The notes under the pieces are model-generated. The model ran no database searches, had not been told where the DNA came from, and worked only from the letters and a program-made list of their open reading frames with translations. The translations under genes were made by a program, and so were the position numbers. From an uncultured Phascolarctobacterium sp. (lineage in GTDB: Bacteria > Bacillota > Negativicutes > Acidaminococcales > Acidaminococcaceae), in the NCBI GenBank assembly GCA_905200645.1, contig CAJKLD010000002.1:24917-88916 (forward strand): a stretch of 64,000 nt of DNA, in the 5' to 3' direction. Positions 62,263-64,000 of this stretch are shown here, in pieces (within the stretch, counting starts at the first letter, position 1; each line of letters begins with the position of its first letter).

Positions 62263-62847
62263 ATGAAAAAGCTTATGCAATTATTGGCTGCCGTTTTTGT
62301 AGCATTAGGCTTCTGCACCTTTAGCACTGCTTCTGTTGAAGCTGCCAACGTAGCTTTGCTGCCGCTCATCAACAACGTGCAGGACGACCAGCTTGCCAGC
62401 CAGGTTTATTTTAAAGAAGCTTTGAACGCTTTAAACGCGCAAAAAGGCTTTATGCTGGTGGATAACGATAATTTGACTGCTGCTATTGAAGCAGAAAAGA
62501 TTGGCAATACCCTTCCCGACCAAGCTACTCTTGCCAATATTGCCAAAAACGGTAATGTAGATATTGTTATTGCTATGCAATTAGATAAATTAGACGATAC
62601 TGCTCTGCGCTCCAGCGAAGGCGACAGACTGCAATTAGATTTGCAGGGCTATGCTGTTGCTTATAATAAAATTACCGGCGAATACTACAAGCACAGAATT
62701 TATAACGATACCATTATTCCCGAGGCCTTTTCCTCCCGTTGGGATTGGACTCACGAAGAATGGGGCAAAACCGTAAAACGTGAAATCAACAGTATTCTTA
62801 AAGTTAAAAAAATTATGATTGAAGCTCCCAGAATGAGCAAGCTGTAA
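62263..62847 (+). CDS. hypothetical secreted protein
   Basis: Start MKKLMQLLAAVFVALGFCTFSTASVEA (signal peptide) with RBS GGAGGT. A terminator hairpin (CTCCGC...GCGGAG) follows at about 62881-62926. Confidence 0.5.
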   Translation: MKKLMQLLAAVFVALGFCTFSTASVEAANVALLPLINNVQDDQLASQVYFKEALNALNAQKGFMLVDNDNLTAAIEAEKIGNTLPDQATLANIAKNGNVDIVIAMQLDKLDDTALRSSEGDRLQLDLQGYAVAYNKITGEYYKHRIYNDTIIPEAFSSRWDWTHEEWGKTVKREINSILKVKKIMIEAPRMSKL

Positions 62848-63000
62848 TCACAGCAAATTAAAATTAAAAAACGAAATGCTAAAATCTCCGCTGAAAGCAG
62901 CAAATGTTGTTTTCGGCGGAGGTTTTTGTATTGTATTGCATAAAATCTGTATTGATAATAGAAAGCTACAATAGCAGGCAGCCACCAAAGCTTATTTTTA

Positions 63001-63200
63001 TAGGAAGTAAAACGTTAATATTTTCGGAAGTGAAATGTCTTTTTTATCGGAAGTAAAGCTTCAATATTTTCAGAAGTGAAAAATCTAATAAATTAGGAAG
63101 CGCGTAATTGTAAAAAGTTGTAAAATGTTGTATAATAAACTAGAAGTTGTAAAAGGTTATATAACAAAGGAAAAGTTATAAAAAGTTATATAAGGAGTTG
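63001..63200. repeat. AT-rich iteron-like direct repeats upstream of the terminal ATPase gene
   Basis: GGAAGTRAAA-type motif repeated 5 times at about 22-24-bp spacing (63003, 63026, 63048, 63071, 63095). TTGTAAAA repeated 4 times at about 10-bp spacing (63108-63150). AGTTATA repeated 2 times. Confidence 0.7.
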
Positions 63201-63207
63201 GCTTGTT

Positions 63208-64000
63208 ATGAAAAATCCGTTTTCTCTAACCTTTGGCAAAGAACCGCTCAGCTTAATAAATCGAAATCTGCAAAATGAAGAAATAATAGCAAGCTTTAAA
63301 GCAGATAATCCGGATTTTCAGGTGTGTATGATTACGGGAGTAAGAGGCTCCGGAAAAACTGTAGCTATGACTACTATTGCCAATAGCTTAAGAAAAGATG
63401 AACACTGGCTTGTAGTAGACCTAAACCCCGAAAGGAATTTACTTAATACATTGGCAGCAGAGCTTAGCAATAACAGGAATATCGTTGACTATTTTAAAAA
63501 TACGCAAATAAATAATATTTCTGCTTTTGGCTTTGGCATTGGCGTTAGCCAAAGTAACGATATAAAGGATGTTACAGTACAATTGAATGTAATTCTTGAG
63601 AAATTGACAAAAGAACACAAAAAGCTTCTTGTTACTATAGACGAAATAAGCGCTAACCAAAACGTTAAAGAGTTTGTTAGTCAATTTCAGATTTTTATCC
63701 GCAAAAACTATAATGTGTTTCTATTGATGACCGGTCTTTATGAAAATATTTATGATTTGCAAAATGAGAAAAGCTTAACCTTCCTTTACCGGGCTCCCAA
63801 AATTGAGCTTAAACCTTTAAGCATACCTTTGATAATGCAAAAATATAAAGAAATATTTGCTTTAGAAGACAGCAAAGCTTTGGATATGGCAAAATTTACA
63901 GAGGGTTATCCTTTTGCATATCAAGTTTTGGGTTATTTATGCTTTAAAAACAAAACCTCTTATGAAAAGGTAATTTTTGAATTTGACAGTTATCTTGAAG
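63208..64000 (+). CDS. AAA-family ATP-binding protein (COG1373-like; 3' end beyond window)
   Basis: The frame is open from ATG 63208 (RBS AAGGAG) to the window end. Walker A GVRGSGKT. GC content is markedly lower than the rest of the window. Confidence 0.6.
   Translation, partial: MKNPFSLTFGKEPLSLINRNLQNEEIIASFKADNPDFQVCMITGVRGSGKTVAMTTIANSLRKDEHWLVVDLNPERNLLNTLAAELSNNRNIVDYFKNTQINNISAFGFGIGVSQSNDIKDVTVQLNVILEKLTKEHKKLLVTIDEISANQNVKEFVSQFQIFIRKNYNVFLLMTGLYENIYDLQNEKSLTFLYRAPKIELKPLSIPLIMQKYKEIFALEDSKALDMAKFTEGYPFAYQVLGYLCFKNKTSYEKVIFEFDSYLE

Noticed and set aside
63439-63684. 81-aa minus-strand ORF
   Set aside because: It lies antisense to the open Walker-A-containing ATPase frame that starts at 63208 with a good RBS.

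Overview
This 64-kb window looks like chromosome from a Negativicutes-type diderm Firmicute, at roughly 50% GC. The evidence is two SLH-domain OmpM-like porins and Firmicutes-type synteny glyA-ywlG-rpiB-sua5-prmC-prfA-DUF1385-rpmE. It is densely coding, mostly on the minus strand. The housekeeping genes are ligA, pcrA, ttcA, upp, glyA, rpiB, prmC, prfA, rpmE, ade with a purine permease, map, murI, galU and tcdA, plus a monomeric [FeFe] hydrogenase, a tRNA-Gly(CCC) and a LysR regulator. The most notable region is a roughly 8-kb minus-strand operon at 30.1-38.0 kb. It encodes two HlyD-family adaptors, an ABC exporter with an N-terminal C39 peptidase domain, a second ABC exporter with an N-terminal cyclic-nucleotide-binding-like domain, and three small precursor peptides. 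Each peptide carries a canonical double-glycine leader (L-T-D/E-E-E/D-L-x-x-A/V-x-G-G) and a cysteine-poor core. This is a microcin/NHLM-like peptide export system that appears to be uncharacterised. Other features worth a second look are an 11-gene Mrp/Mbh-like cation antiporter cluster with three NuoL/MrpD-like subunits and no hydrogenase module, a partner-switching module without a sigma factor, a 780-bp hairpin-rich non-coding convergent region with a 70-bp direct repeat, duplicated porin 5' regions flanking hydA-tRNA-lysR, and an AT-rich iteron-like repeat region at the window end.
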